Notes: a model not told the origin generated them from the sequence alone. Shown: positions 10,136-19,857, numbered from the stretch's first letter. The stretch is 35,113 nt of DNA from an uncultured Bacteroides sp. (GCA_964431195.1 CAYSIQ010000007.1:1-35113); one strand, 5' to 3'. Program-made: numbers and translations.

Positions 10136-11137
10136 ATGATGAATCTCTACACCGCCGTCACCCTCCCCGATGCGTTGCCGCGTCTGAGCCACCAGCAGCA
10201 GTTGTGGCTGGCAGGATCGTGCTTTGCCGCAAGCATTGGCCGGCGGCTGGCTGATGCCAAGTTCCGCTGCGATGTCAATCCCTACGGAGTGCTTTACAAC
10301 CCGCTGTCCATTGCCATTTCTTTGCAGGAGATTGTACAAGGAAAAACCTATGCCGCCGACGACCTGTTCATGTACCGTGGCCTATGGCACAGCCCCATGC
10401 ACCACAGCGACTTCTCTGCGCCGACAACCGAAGAAGCCCTGTCTGCCATCAATGGCAGGTTGGCACAAGCCCGGCAGGAACTGGACACGCTGGACGTGTT
10501 GCTGCTGACTTTCGGCTCTTCCTATATATATAAGGATAAGGCGAGCGGATGCATCGTAGGCAACTGCCACCGGCTTCCCGAATCGCATTTCGAGCGTTGC
10601 CGCCTGACGGTGGAAGAAATAGCAGAAGCTTACTTCCCGTTGTTAAACACCCTGACGGCCTTGCGCCCCAACTTGAAAGTCATCATGACGGTAAGTCCCA
10701 TCCGCCACCTCCGCGACGGGTTGCATACCAACCAGCTAAGCAAAGCTACCCTGCTGCTGGCCATCGATGAATTGCAACGGCACTGTCCTGAACACGTATT
10801 TTACTTCCCTGCCTACGAACTGCTGTTGGATGAATTGCGCGACTACCGTTTCTATGCCGATGATTTGGTGCATCCCTCGGACACAGCCGTGCAAATAGTG
10901 TGGGAACGCTTGGCCGAAGCCTGCTTTTCAGATGAAACCCGGCGCATCATCGACCAATGCAGCCGCATCAACGACATGCTGGCGCACAGGCCTTCCCGCC
11001 CTGAATCGGAAGAGTACAAACGATTTTTAGAACAAATCATGCTGAAGATAAACCAGGCAAACGAAGAATACCCGTACTTGGATTTCCAAAAAGAAAGAGA
11101 ATTATGTCGTACACGATTGAGCAAATCAACGAAATGA
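10136..11137 (+). CDS. GSCFA domain protein (SGNH-hydrolase-like)
   Basis: Literal GSCFA motif, NPYGVLYNPLSI, TVSPIRH, YFPAYE and DLVHPS. Start at 10136 or 10139; the upstream part of the 8828 ORF is antisense to queA. Confidence 0.93.
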   Translation: MMNLYTAVTLPDALPRLSHQQQLWLAGSCFAASIGRRLADAKFRCDVNPYGVLYNPLSIAISLQEIVQGKTYAADDLFMYRGLWHSPMHHSDFSAPTTEEALSAINGRLAQARQELDTLDVLLLTFGSSYIYKDKASGCIVGNCHRLPESHFERCRLTVEEIAEAYFPLLNTLTALRPNLKVIMTVSPIRHLRDGLHTNQLSKATLLLAIDELQRHCPEHVFYFPAYELLLDELRDYRFYADDLVHPSDTAVQIVWERLAEACFSDETRRIIDQCSRINDMLAHRPSRPESEEYKRFLEQIMLKINQANEEYPYLDFQKERELCRTRLSKSTK

Positions 11138-13593
11138 TTGGCGGCCGGCGCGTGGGGGAGAAACCCGCCGCCATCGGCTGGCTTCTGACGGACAGCCGCT
11201 CGCTGAGTTTCCCCGAAGAGACCCTGTTTTTCGCCCTTCCCACCAAGCGGAATGACGGGGCGCGCTATATACCCGACCTTTACGCACGCGGTGTGCGCAA
11301 CTTTGTGATAAGCGAGGCCTCTTACCGGCAAATGGCGGATGAAGGCAAAGCCCCTGCCTCCGATGCCAACTGCCTGATAGTGCCCCAACCGCTGAAGGCA
11401 TTGCAAAAGCTGGCCGGGTTGCACCGGGCAAAATTCCAAATCCCCGTCATCGGCATTACAGGCAGCAACGGGAAAACGGTGGTGAAAGAATGGCTGCACC
11501 AGTTGCTCAGCCCCGACCGCAACGTGGTGCGCTCACCGCGAAGCTACAACTCGCAAATCGGCGTTCCCCTCTCCGTCTGGCAGATGAACGAGAATGCACA
11601 GGTGGCCATCTTCGAAGCCGGCATCTCGGAGCCTGGTGAAATGCAGGCATTGCAGAACATCATCAGGCCCAGCATCGGCATTCTGACCAACATCGGCGGC
11701 GCCCATCAGGAAAACTTCATGTCGATGCAGGACAAGTGTATGGAGAAGCTGATGCTGTTCAAGGACTGCGATGTCATCATCTACAACGGCGACGATGAAT
11801 TTATAGGCAGTTGTGTCGCCAAGTCGCTGCTGCCTGCCTGCGAGATAGCTTGGAGCCGCAAGGATGCCGGCCGTCCCCTGTACATCAGCAAGATAGAGAA
11901 GGAGGAGGACTGCACGGCCATCTCCTACCGTTATTTGGGCAAAAGCAACGCCTACACCCTGCCTTTCATCGATGATGCTTCCATCGAGAACTCGTTGAAC
12001 TGCCTGGCTGCCTGCCTTTACTTAATGATGCCGCCACACGTCATCACCAAACGCATGGGGAAATTAGAGCCGGTAGCCATGCGGTTAGAAGTAAAGGAGG
12101 GGGAAAACAACTGCCTCCTCATCAACGACAGCTACAACAGCGACCTTGCGTCACTGGACATCGCCCTCGACTTCCTCTACCGGCGTTCGCAAGGCAAGGG
12201 ACTGAAACGGACGCTGATTCTGTCTGACATCCTCGAAACGGGCCAAAGCCCCTCCGCCCTCTACCGGCAGGTAGGCCAATTAGTCAACTCGCGCAGTATA
12301 GGCCGCATCATCGGCGTGGGGCGTGAAATAGCCGTCTGGGCCAGACAGTTTGCCATGGAAAAGGCGTTCTACCCCGACACGGCCTCACTGATGAAAGCCA
12401 TCGGGCGCAAAGATCTGACGCTTGCCGGTGAAATCATCCTCATCAAGGGAGCACGCAAGTTTGGCTTCGACGCACTGACTGAACTGTTGGAAAAGAAAGT
12501 GCATGAAACCATCCTCGAAGTGAACCTCAACGCCATGATCGCCAACCTGAACCACTTTCGCAGCTTCTTGAAGCCCGAAACCAAGATGGTGTGCATGGTG
12601 AAAGCCGGCGCCTACGGCGCGGGCGCTTACGAAATAGCCCGGACCTTGCAGGAACACCGCGTGGACTACCTCGCCGTGGCCGTGGCCGATGAAGGCTCTG
12701 AACTGCGCAAGTCAGGCATCACCGCCAGCATCCTCATCATGAACCCCGAAATGACGGCTTTCAAAACCATGTTCAACTACAAGCTGGAGCCTGAAGTTTA
12801 CAGTTTCCACCTCCTTGACGCGCTGATGAAAGAGGCCGAGAAGGAAGGCATCACCCGCTTCCCCGTGCACATCAAGGTTGACACGGGCATGCACCGTTTA
12901 GGCTTTGCCCCCGATGATATGCCGCGCCTCATCAACCGGCTGAAAGGACAGGACACCTTGATTGCCCGCTCGGTATTTTCCCATTTAGCGGGAAGCGACG
13001 GGGCACAGTTCGATGACTTTACTCGCGGGCAGATTGCCATGTTCGACAGGGCTTCGTCCTTATTGCAGGCTGCATTCCCGCACAAAATCCTGCGTCACAT
13101 CTGCAACTCGGCAGGCATCGAACGGTTTCCCGAAGCGCAATACGACATGGTGCGCCTCGGCATCGGCCTGTATGGTATCGACCCATTCACCAACCAAATC
13201 ATCCGCAACGTCAGCACGCTGAAGACCTCCATCTTGCAGATACGCGACGTGCCTGCCGATGAGACCGTAGGCTACGGCCGCAGGGGACGGCTGGATCGCC
13301 CCTCGCGCATTGCCGCCATTCCCATCGGTTATGCAGACGGGCTGAACCGCCGTCTGGGCAACTTCCATGCCTACTGCTTAGTCAACGGGCAACCCGCCTA
13401 TTATGTAGGCAATATCTGTATGGACGTGTGCATGATAGACGTAACGGGCATCGACTGCAAGGAAGGGGACATGGTGGAAATCTTCGGCGACCACCTGCCC
13501 ATCACTGTCCTTTCGGACGTGCTCGGCACCATCCCTTACGAAGTGCTGACCGGCGTGTCGCAGCGGGTAAAGCGGATTTATTTCCAGGACTGA
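11104..13593 (+). CDS. alr: Bifunctional MurF-like ligase / alanine racemase
   Basis: N-half has TDSR, GITGSNGKT and LINDSYN (Mur ligase). C-half has MVKAGAYG (PLP lysine), HIKVDTGMHRLG, IGYADG and VGNICMD. This fusion is typical of Bacteroidetes. Confidence 0.96.
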   Translation: MSYTIEQINEMIGGRRVGEKPAAIGWLLTDSRSLSFPEETLFFALPTKRNDGARYIPDLYARGVRNFVISEASYRQMADEGKAPASDANCLIVPQPLKALQKLAGLHRAKFQIPVIGITGSNGKTVVKEWLHQLLSPDRNVVRSPRSYNSQIGVPLSVWQMNENAQVAIFEAGISEPGEMQALQNIIRPSIGILTNIGGAHQENFMSMQDKCMEKLMLFKDCDVIIYNGDDEFIGSCVAKSLLPACEIAWSRKDAGRPLYISKIEKEEDCTAISYRYLGKSNAYTLPFIDDASIENSLNCLAACLYLMMPPHVITKRMGKLEPVAMRLEVKEGENNCLLINDSYNSDLASLDIALDFLYRRSQGKGLKRTLILSDILETGQSPSALYRQVGQLVNSRSIGRIIGVGREIAVWARQFAMEKAFYPDTASLMKAIGRKDLTLAGEIILIKGARKFGFDALTELLEKKVHETILEVNLNAMIANLNHFRSFLKPETKMVCMVKAGAYGAGAYEIARTLQEHRVDYLAVAVADEGSELRKSGITASILIMNPEMTAFKTMFNYKLEPEVYSFHLLDALMKEAEKEGITRFPVHIKVDTGMHRLGFAPDDMPRLINRLKGQDTLIARSVFSHLAGSDGAQFDDFTRGQIAMFDRASSLLQAAFPHKILRHICNSAGIERFPEAQYDMVRLGIGLYGIDPFTNQIIRNVSTLKTSILQIRDVPADETVGYGRRGRLDRPSRIAAIPIGYADGLNRRLGNFHAYCLVNGQPAYYVGNICMDVCMIDVTGIDCKEGDMVEIFGDHLPITVLSDVLGTIPYEVLTGVSQRVKRIYFQD

Positions 13594-13743
13594 GGCTTTC
13601 CTGCCCATGGGCGCAGCCACCCTCGATGAGGAACTGCCCGGCGACCTGCACCGGCGCATCGTTCAAGGGACTGAAAGAGAAGAAGCGGGAAGGGCTGGAC
13701 GAAGCACAAGGGCATGGGAAAAGCTCCCGGCGCACAAGGCATG

Positions 13744-13778
13744 AAAAAAGCGGTCTGCCCCGAGGGGCAAGCCGCTTT
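13744..13778 (-). terminator. Intrinsic terminator for hsp20, possibly bidirectional
   Basis: AAAAAAGCGGTCTGCCCC-GA-GGGGCAAGCCGCTTT hairpin, giving a U6 tract on the minus strand, between convergent alr and hsp20. Confidence 0.8.
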
Positions 13779-13802
13779 CAAGTTTGGTGTTTCACGCCTT
13801 AT

Positions 13803-14234
13803 TTATTGGATGTTGATGACCTTTTGGGTCTTTTCCCTTTCTTCCTTCGTGAATTTCGGCAGCTCAATGGCAAGCAGGCCGTTCTCCACATGGGCGGAAA
13901 TCTTTTCGCGATCCACATCTTCCGGCAAGAACATGGTTTGCCTGAACTTGGCGTATGAGAACTCGCGGCGCAGGTAGCGTCCTTCTTTCTTGTCGCTTTC
14001 CTTGCTTTCGGTCTTCTTTTCCATGCTGATGACCAGATTGTTGTCCTCATCGATATGGACGTTGAAGTCTTCTTTCGTCATGCCCGGGGCAGCCACTTCT
14101 ACTTTATAATCCGTAGCCGTCTCGTAAACATTAATAGCCGGGGCTGTCCTGTTGGATTTCATCAACCAATCGTTATCGAAAAAGTCATTGAACACGCTCG
14201 GTAACCAGTTCTGTTCTCTTCTAACAAGTGACAT
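13803..14234 (-). CDS. Hsp20/alpha-crystallin small heat shock protein
   Basis: MSLVRREQNWLPSVFNDFF...PAINVYE...AAPGMTKEDF...RREFSY...ENGLLAIELPK...INIQ; start at ATG 14234. Confidence 0.95.
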   Translation of the reverse strand: MSLVRREQNWLPSVFNDFFDNDWLMKSNRTAPAINVYETATDYKVEVAAPGMTKEDFNVHIDEDNNLVISMEKKTESKESDKKEGRYLRREFSYAKFRQTMFLPEDVDREKISAHVENGLLAIELPKFTKEEREKTQKVINIQ

Positions 14235-14321
14235 AATCAAATCTCCTATTTTAAATGTTCTTTGTTTATCTCTTGGCCTCCCGCCCGGCTCCCTTGCCGG
14301 GACGTTGTCCGCTTGCTTTCT

Positions 14322-14337
14322 TGCAAAGCTCGTGCCA
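14322..14337 (-). promoter_or_regulatory. Sigma-54 (RpoN) -24/-12 promoter of hsp20
   Basis: Minus strand reads TGGCACG-AGCT-TTGCA, a perfect match to TGGCACG-N4-TTGCW, 88 bp upstream of the ATG. Confidence 0.8.
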
Positions 14338-14359
14338 AGGCTTGCTGCGGCGCAACCGC

Positions 14360-14414
14360 TGACAAATTGTCGTTTCAACGGGCACGAAAAATTCCATCCT
14401 GTGACTTTTTGTCT
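14360..14414. promoter_or_regulatory. Two TGAC-N5-GTC palindromic boxes, candidate regulator sites
   Basis: TGACAAATTGTCG at 14360-14372 and TGACTTTTTGTCT at 14402-14414, 42 bp apart and just upstream of the sigma-54 promoter. Confidence 0.5.
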
Positions 14415-14469
14415 CCTGCCCGGCTGCTCCATGCCCAGAGGGGCAAACGGGATGCCCCGCATGCTTGTT

Positions 14470-17371
14470 TCAGAACAACTGTCCTGCCGCCGCCTGCGAT
14501 ACTTGGTTCAGCCTACAGATTTCTTCAAGGTAGCGTTGCGTGCCAACATATAAAAGCCAGCTTCCGGCAAAAGCACATATGCCCAGACCCGATCCATTCT
14601 GTCGCCAGGCGGAAGTGAGTTAATCTTTTGGCACCAAGCTGCTGCCGCCTGCCGCTTTTGAAGTACATTCCCGTCTGTCACCATATTATCACCTTTTGTT
14701 TCTATAATATAAATGTGCGTAGAAGTACACACTATAAAATCCGGATGATAGGAGGCCAATAGCCCGTCTGTACGAAGGTAAAACAGCGAAGCAAAGCGAT
14801 GCTGATTTTCACTAATCTTCAGGAAACGTTCCACTGACGCATCTGCGTCAAGGAACTCGGCAAAAGTTTTTTCAAACTTACCGTTGTGCGACGGATATCC
14901 CGTCCGTTCATAAATGGTCTTCTGCAATGCCTGCGAATAAGTAGATCGGAGACATAACTCAGGCACTGATGAGAACCAGGCCTTATCCACCACGGCCTCA
15001 TCCACCTGCACATTCTCCTGCATGCAATGAATGGCCACGCTCATTTCTTTTATGATATGCTGGGTGACAATGGCATTCTTTGAAAGCAATATCTTCCAGT
15101 CGTTGCCTTGGAATGGGTCAAACGGCTGGCCGAACAAATGGATGCGGATGTAACTGTCCAACAGGCGCACGATATTCGCCTGATTTATTTGCAAGGTAGG
15201 CAACGGGACAGAACGTTTCCCCACTCTATCCATCCGTATGGTAATGGCACGAAGCAACTTTTGCAGGTAATCGTTGTAAGTGCGGGCTGTGAACAAGTCT
15301 GCCTTTACTTCATAACGCCCGAAACGGGTTTCTGTCAACACGACTTGAGACACAAAAGTCTCGCCCTCGGTGGCCAGGCACGAACGCAGGTAATCCAATG
15401 AATAGGCAATAAAGGGCTTGAGCGTGGCAATGTCTATCTGCGCGGGAGCAATTTCCTCTTCCGCATCGTGTGTTACGATAGGCCAATAGAGGTCATATTC
15501 CTCATAGCCAGGCTTCAGCCCCACTTTGATCAAGTCGCCCACTACCTTGCCATGTTCCAGCTCACTTTCTTCGATGCCGGCCACAATAGTCCCGTCGGCC
15601 ATCAACTCTTTATAAAACCGTTCGAAGGAGGGGTGCTCAATGATAGACAACATATCCAAATAAAAGAATTTGGTTGTTGCTTCTTCTCCAATACACGCCG
15701 GCGATTCTCCGTCTTCTCCTCTTGGAACTGTGGTTCACGCCACATCAGGCGCAAACCGCGCCCCACAATCTGTTCAAGCAAGATGGAGGATTGCGAAGAG
15801 CGCAAAGGCACGATGACGCAGATATTATTCACGTCGAAGCCTTCGCGCAGCATCAATACGGACACAATAACCTTGGGCGAGGCATAATTATCTACGTTAT
15901 ACAAACATTCCTTTATCTCATTCCATTTCTGCTCTGTCACATTGCCTTTCTTGTCACTGTCTATGCAAAGAATGTCGGCCTCCGCCAGCCTTTCGCCTTT
16001 CAAGAATTGTTCCACATGGGAGGTAACAGACGTTTCCTCACAGACCACCAGCATTTTAGGATGCTTGGAGGCTTCAAACCGCACGAATTCTTCTTCCAAG
16101 ATTCTCAGCTTGGCCAGTCCAGCCCGCAACATAAGGCGTTGCCCCTCGCTCAAAGCGATTATCTTTTTCTGTTCATCGCGTACAGCGCGGTAATCCAAAC
16201 CGGCCAGTTCCACCAATTCCTGCCGTTTGTCCAAAAGCAAAGTCTTTACCAGTCCCTGCCTCATGGCGGCGGCCAGGCCAAAGTCCGCTGCAATGTGGGG
16301 GAAATACGACTTGCATGCCTGTCTGCCTGCGCCCGTCATGTCGTAAGGCGTGGCCGAGAAATCCAATTGGATGAAACGCCCCTCCTTGGCATGGGAGATG
16401 TAGTCCAACCCCCGCTGCCATTCCACCTCTTGCACTTCGCCCGCCTTTTTGTGCTCATGGATGTGATGCGCCTCGTCGTTAATCACCATCAGTTCGGGCA
16501 ATCCTGCCAGGTAATCCATCGCGTCGCCGCGCAAAAAGCGGCGGTCAAGCGTATCAAGCTGGTTGCCTGCGCTGATGCCGGGACTTACGGGTCTGATGTC
16601 TTTCACAATGGCGGCCGGGGAATCCTCCTCTTCCGCCGCTTCTTCTTCAGACAGGAAAAGATGCCAGTTCGTCAAGGCTATCAGCCCGCCGCCCGTCACT
16701 TTGCGCCCTATTTCTTCCTTAGTCGCCGTATTGTTATCGATAAAGCTGAAAGCCTCCTCACGGTAGGCAGGCGGCAGGAACAAGTCGGCATTACGGTGGA
16801 AATCGTTGGTCAGCACATCGCGCTCGTCAGTGCCCGGGTGGCAAAGGCGCCCCAGATAGGCATCCAGCAGGCGGCCGTACACGATGAGGCCCGGTGCCAC
16901 TACAAGGAAGTGGCGGATGAAATGTTCGCCGGGCTCCTCCTCATGAAGGGCATTGAGGAACTGCCACAGCATCAAGGCATGCATCACCCACGTCTTCCCT
17001 GTCCCGGTAGCCATCTTCACTGCGTATTTGGGCAGGCAATATTTCCCGTGCGCCAAAAGCTCGAGGCCGGCTTCGGGCAACAGGTCGGGGGCGACACGCT
17101 CGTACATCTGGAGCACAGTGCGCACTTGCAGCACTTCGTGCAGGTAGATGACATTCAGGATGGCTTGCCGCTGCCCTTCGTGGAAGTTCATGCCGCGCTC
17201 GCCCGTATAGGGTTCCATGAACCAATATTTCAGCAGGTCGGCTGTGACGGGAGTAACGGACTGCAGCAGGGAGCCGTCGGCAAAAGCCGCGTCCGCGCGT
17301 CCTGCAAGGCGGCGGGCCAGCTCAAGAGGCAAATCGGGTTTCATAGGCTGATTTTTATTTGGATTTTCCAC
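14470..17371 (-). pseudogene. res: Type III restriction Res subunit (DEAD-like helicase + PD-(D/E)xK), frameshifted
   Basis: ORF 15602..17371 has KMATGTGKT, NDEAHH, MLREGFD and QIVGRGLR. ORF 14508..15659 continues DMLSIIEHP... and has YHPDFIV...IETKG. Frameshift at about 15660-15666. A probable second shift lies near 14530, where an alternative frame gives LEEICRLNQVSQAAAGQLF* ending at 14470. Confidence 0.88.
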
Positions 17372-19415
17372 TGTAAATTGTTTCCGTCACCATGCTTTCG
17401 AACCCAAACACGTCTACTGCCTTTACGCACACCGTGCGCGTTGCCTTGCGGGGCACGCGGAGCTCTGCGGCATAGATGCAGTGCAGCGGGTCGCGGCCGT
17501 TGGCCGTATTTTCGCGATAGTCCTGCCAGCGGCTGCGGAAAGTGTCGCCGTCATAATCCGGGTCTATGCTCCAGTATTCTATCAGCGCCAGCGGGTCGCG
17601 GTCAATGACCTGCTGCAGCTTTCCTTTGTCGCGGTCGTCCAGCGGGATATTGTCCGGCGAAAGAAGGATGTAGTTGTCCAGCTCTACCACCAGCCTGTCT
17701 TCCTCCGCAGAAACCGGCGCAGCCTTCACGGGCTTGCACGCCAGGTATTGCAGGCTGCTGAAGCGGACTGAGCCTTCGCGCGCCAGCTTCTCAGCCCCTT
17801 TCTTCGCCAGCTTGTCCAGCAAGTCGGGCGGGATGACCAGTACCTCCACCTCGCCTCCGTATTTCCGGATGGCTTCACTGATGTCGAACGCAAAATTCCA
17901 GCCCAGCACCACCGCCTTGCTCCAGCCGCCGCCCAGCAACGAGGCCTTGGCCTCGGCGGCGCGGCGCAGGGTGCCGGCGCCCGTCAGCTTGTTGGGGCTG
18001 TCAACCAGCACTAAGGTGCGGGTGGCTTTGACGTAACCCCAATTGTGGTCTGCCGATTGTTCCTCAGTAAAGGGCAAAGCCCCATACAGTTGCATCACGA
18101 TGCGGCTCAGGTCGCCTACCCGCTTGTAGAACTTGTTGGAGCCGAACATCTCTTTCTGGTAATCGCCGATGCCCTGGTAAAGGAAAGGCTTTGCGCCTTG
18201 GTCGATGAAACGCTTGCGCATGATGAGGGAGGCGGGCTTGCCGATGTCGCACGTTATCCAACGGCGTCTCAGGCGTTCCGCCACGGCGGCGGTAGTGCCG
18301 CTCCCGCCAAAGAAGTCGCAAACAAGGTCGCCTTCGTTGGAAGAGGCCTTGATGATACGCTCAAGGAGGGCTTCGGGCTTTTGTGTGGCGTAACCGATAT
18401 ATTCTGAAGAAACAATGCCCATTCCTGCGATGTCAGTCCAAATATTGTCAATAGGCAATTCTTCTACAACTTTATTCCCAACTCTTTCACGATAATACTT
18501 TATCGCTATCTTCCCTCCGTTTGAAGCCTTTATTGTTTTATCTTTCTCGTTTATAACAATTGTTCCATTATTGGGAGCATATAAACGTCCGTCTAAATAT
18601 AGTTGTTTTAATGAGTCAAAGGAATACGAGCCTGGATCCGAAGTTCTAAAATAGCCCTTTTCATCTTTCTTGTACTTTTTATCTGCTTCATCGATTGACA
18701 GATAGTTATGTTTCACTTGCCTATTCCAAGTCGCGCTTGAAGATTTGGTATAGAGCATTAAATAATCTGCTCCGAAAGCGTAATATTCTGCATAAGCCTT
18801 ACGTCCTCTTGGAATTTGCCTTCTCCATGTTATTTCATTCTTAAAATTCTCTTTGCCAAATATATCATCTAACAGGACTTTCACATAAGCCCCTACGTGC
18901 CAGTCGATGTGCACATAAATGCTTCCCCTTTCCGAGAGCAACTCCCGCATCAATGCCAGCCGGGAATACATCATTCGCAGGTATGAAGCCGTTCCGTCCT
19001 TCCACGTGTCAGAATAGGCCATCTGTTCCAAGGCTGTGGGCCTTTGCTCGATATCCGTTCCGGGCAGGCTTATTTTCGTCCAGTAGTCCGCTTTGCTGTC
19101 AAAAGGAGGGTCGATATAGATAAGACCGGCCTTGCCGCGAAGGGACGGCAGCCCCGTAGCCTCATCCCCCGCCAGCAGAGCCTGCATGGCGAGGAGGTTG
19201 TCCCCGTAAACTAAGCGGTTAATCCATTCCCCGTTGAGGAAATCCTGCGGCATTTGCCCTTTCCAAAGGCCGGACTGATCCTTGGACGGCAATACAAGTT
19301 CATTCGTTTGCAGCCCGATACGCGTACCATTGTTGATGCGCTCCAGGATGTGTTGTGCCTCCCGTCTGCCCTCGGACGCTATTTTGGGCAATTCTTCCAA
19401 TAATGACTTTGGCAT
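17355..19415 (-). CDS. mod: Type III R-M DNA methyltransferase (Mod, beta-class amino-MTase), intact
   Basis: YGDNL, IYIDPPF (motif IV), YATQKPEALLERII and DFFGGSGTT (motif I) in beta order with a central TRD; 3' end overlaps the res start. Confidence 0.95.
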   Translation of the reverse strand: MPKSLLEELPKIASEGRREAQHILERINNGTRIGLQTNELVLPSKDQSGLWKGQMPQDFLNGEWINRLVYGDNLLAMQALLAGDEATGLPSLRGKAGLIYIDPPFDSKADYWTKISLPGTDIEQRPTALEQMAYSDTWKDGTASYLRMMYSRLALMRELLSERGSIYVHIDWHVGAYVKVLLDDIFGKENFKNEITWRRQIPRGRKAYAEYYAFGADYLMLYTKSSSATWNRQVKHNYLSIDEADKKYKKDEKGYFRTSDPGSYSFDSLKQLYLDGRLYAPNNGTIVINEKDKTIKASNGGKIAIKYYRERVGNKVVEELPIDNIWTDIAGMGIVSSEYIGYATQKPEALLERIIKASSNEGDLVCDFFGGSGTTAAVAERLRRRWITCDIGKPASLIMRKRFIDQGAKPFLYQGIGDYQKEMFGSNKFYKRVGDLSRIVMQLYGALPFTEEQSADHNWGYVKATRTLVLVDSPNKLTGAGTLRRAAEAKASLLGGGWSKAVVLGWNFAFDISEAIRKYGGEVEVLVIPPDLLDKLAKKGAEKLAREGSVRFSSLQYLACKPVKAAPVSAEEDRLVVELDNYILLSPDNIPLDDRDKGKLQQVIDRDPLALIEYWSIDPDYDGDTFRSRWQDYRENTANGRDPLHCIYAAELRVPRKATRTVCVKAVDVFGFESMVTETIYSGKSK

Positions 19416-19439
19416 ACGCTTTAGCTTTGCGCATCGCTA

Positions 19440-19670
19440 TTCTCTATGTTTTCTCAGGAGACAAAAAACGCGAGCCTTAATTTGCTCACGTTGTGGTCCT
19501 GAGAAAACCCTTGAGAACACAAATTATGCTCGCGCTAACGCACAAGCATTTACAATTTGACAGTTCCCAATCTTTTGAAATTTCTCAGGTTTCAACGTGA
19601 TAGAACAAATAGCAAATGCTAATTAATAATCCCAATAAGTAGAAACCGCCGCCGCTGCGGCCGCATTTCT
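19440..19670 (-). ncRNA. Structured 5' leader / putative antisense-attenuator RNA upstream of mod
   Basis: Stem 19520-19534 / 19469-19484 followed by U6 on the minus strand. The loop is complementary to both 19581-19600 and 19448-19459 (perfect 12 bp). RNA function is inferred. Confidence 0.6.
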
Positions 19671-19675
19671 AAAGG

Positions 19676-19705
19676 CAAAGGTACGAATAAATGCAATAGG
19701 ACAAA
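19676..19705 (-). promoter_or_regulatory. Sigma-A promoter for leader + mod-res
   Basis: Minus-strand TTTG (19702-19705), 18 bp spacer, TACCTTTG (19676-19683). Confidence 0.75.
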
Positions 19706-19785
19706 ATAACCGGGCGCAAAATATCGGGCTGCCGCGCCCCCCATGCTCCCTTGCCGGGCCCGCCGCTGCGCCCCGCATCCTGCCG

Positions 19786-19857
19786 GCTTCCTCCATGCGC
19801 GCCCCGCCCCCGCTCCGCGCCCGTACGGGGCAAACGCCGCGCGTGCATGGAGGAAGC
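19786..19857. repeat. Palindromic array with 22 bp period and 17 bp terminal inverted repeat
   Basis: CCATGCGCGCCCCG at 19793, CCGCGCCCGTACGG at 19815 and CCGCGCGTGCATGG at 19837. GCTTCCTCCATGCGCGC (19786-19802) pairs with GCGTGCATGGAGGAAGC (19841-19857) with 1 mismatch. Confidence 0.65.

Noticed and set aside
11104-13593. MurF-Alr fusion as a novelty
   Set aside because: Well known and widespread in Bacteroidetes.
15655-15670. Programmed ribosomal frameshift in res
   Set aside because: No canonical slippery heptamer or obvious stimulatory structure, and a probable second frameshift points to decay.
15674-17608. 644 aa plus-strand ORF
   Set aside because: Stop-free antisense frame of GC-rich res/mod, with no motifs.
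19282-19560. 92 aa plus-strand ORF across the mod leader
   Set aside because: It overlaps mod antisense; the region is better explained by RNA-level complementarity.
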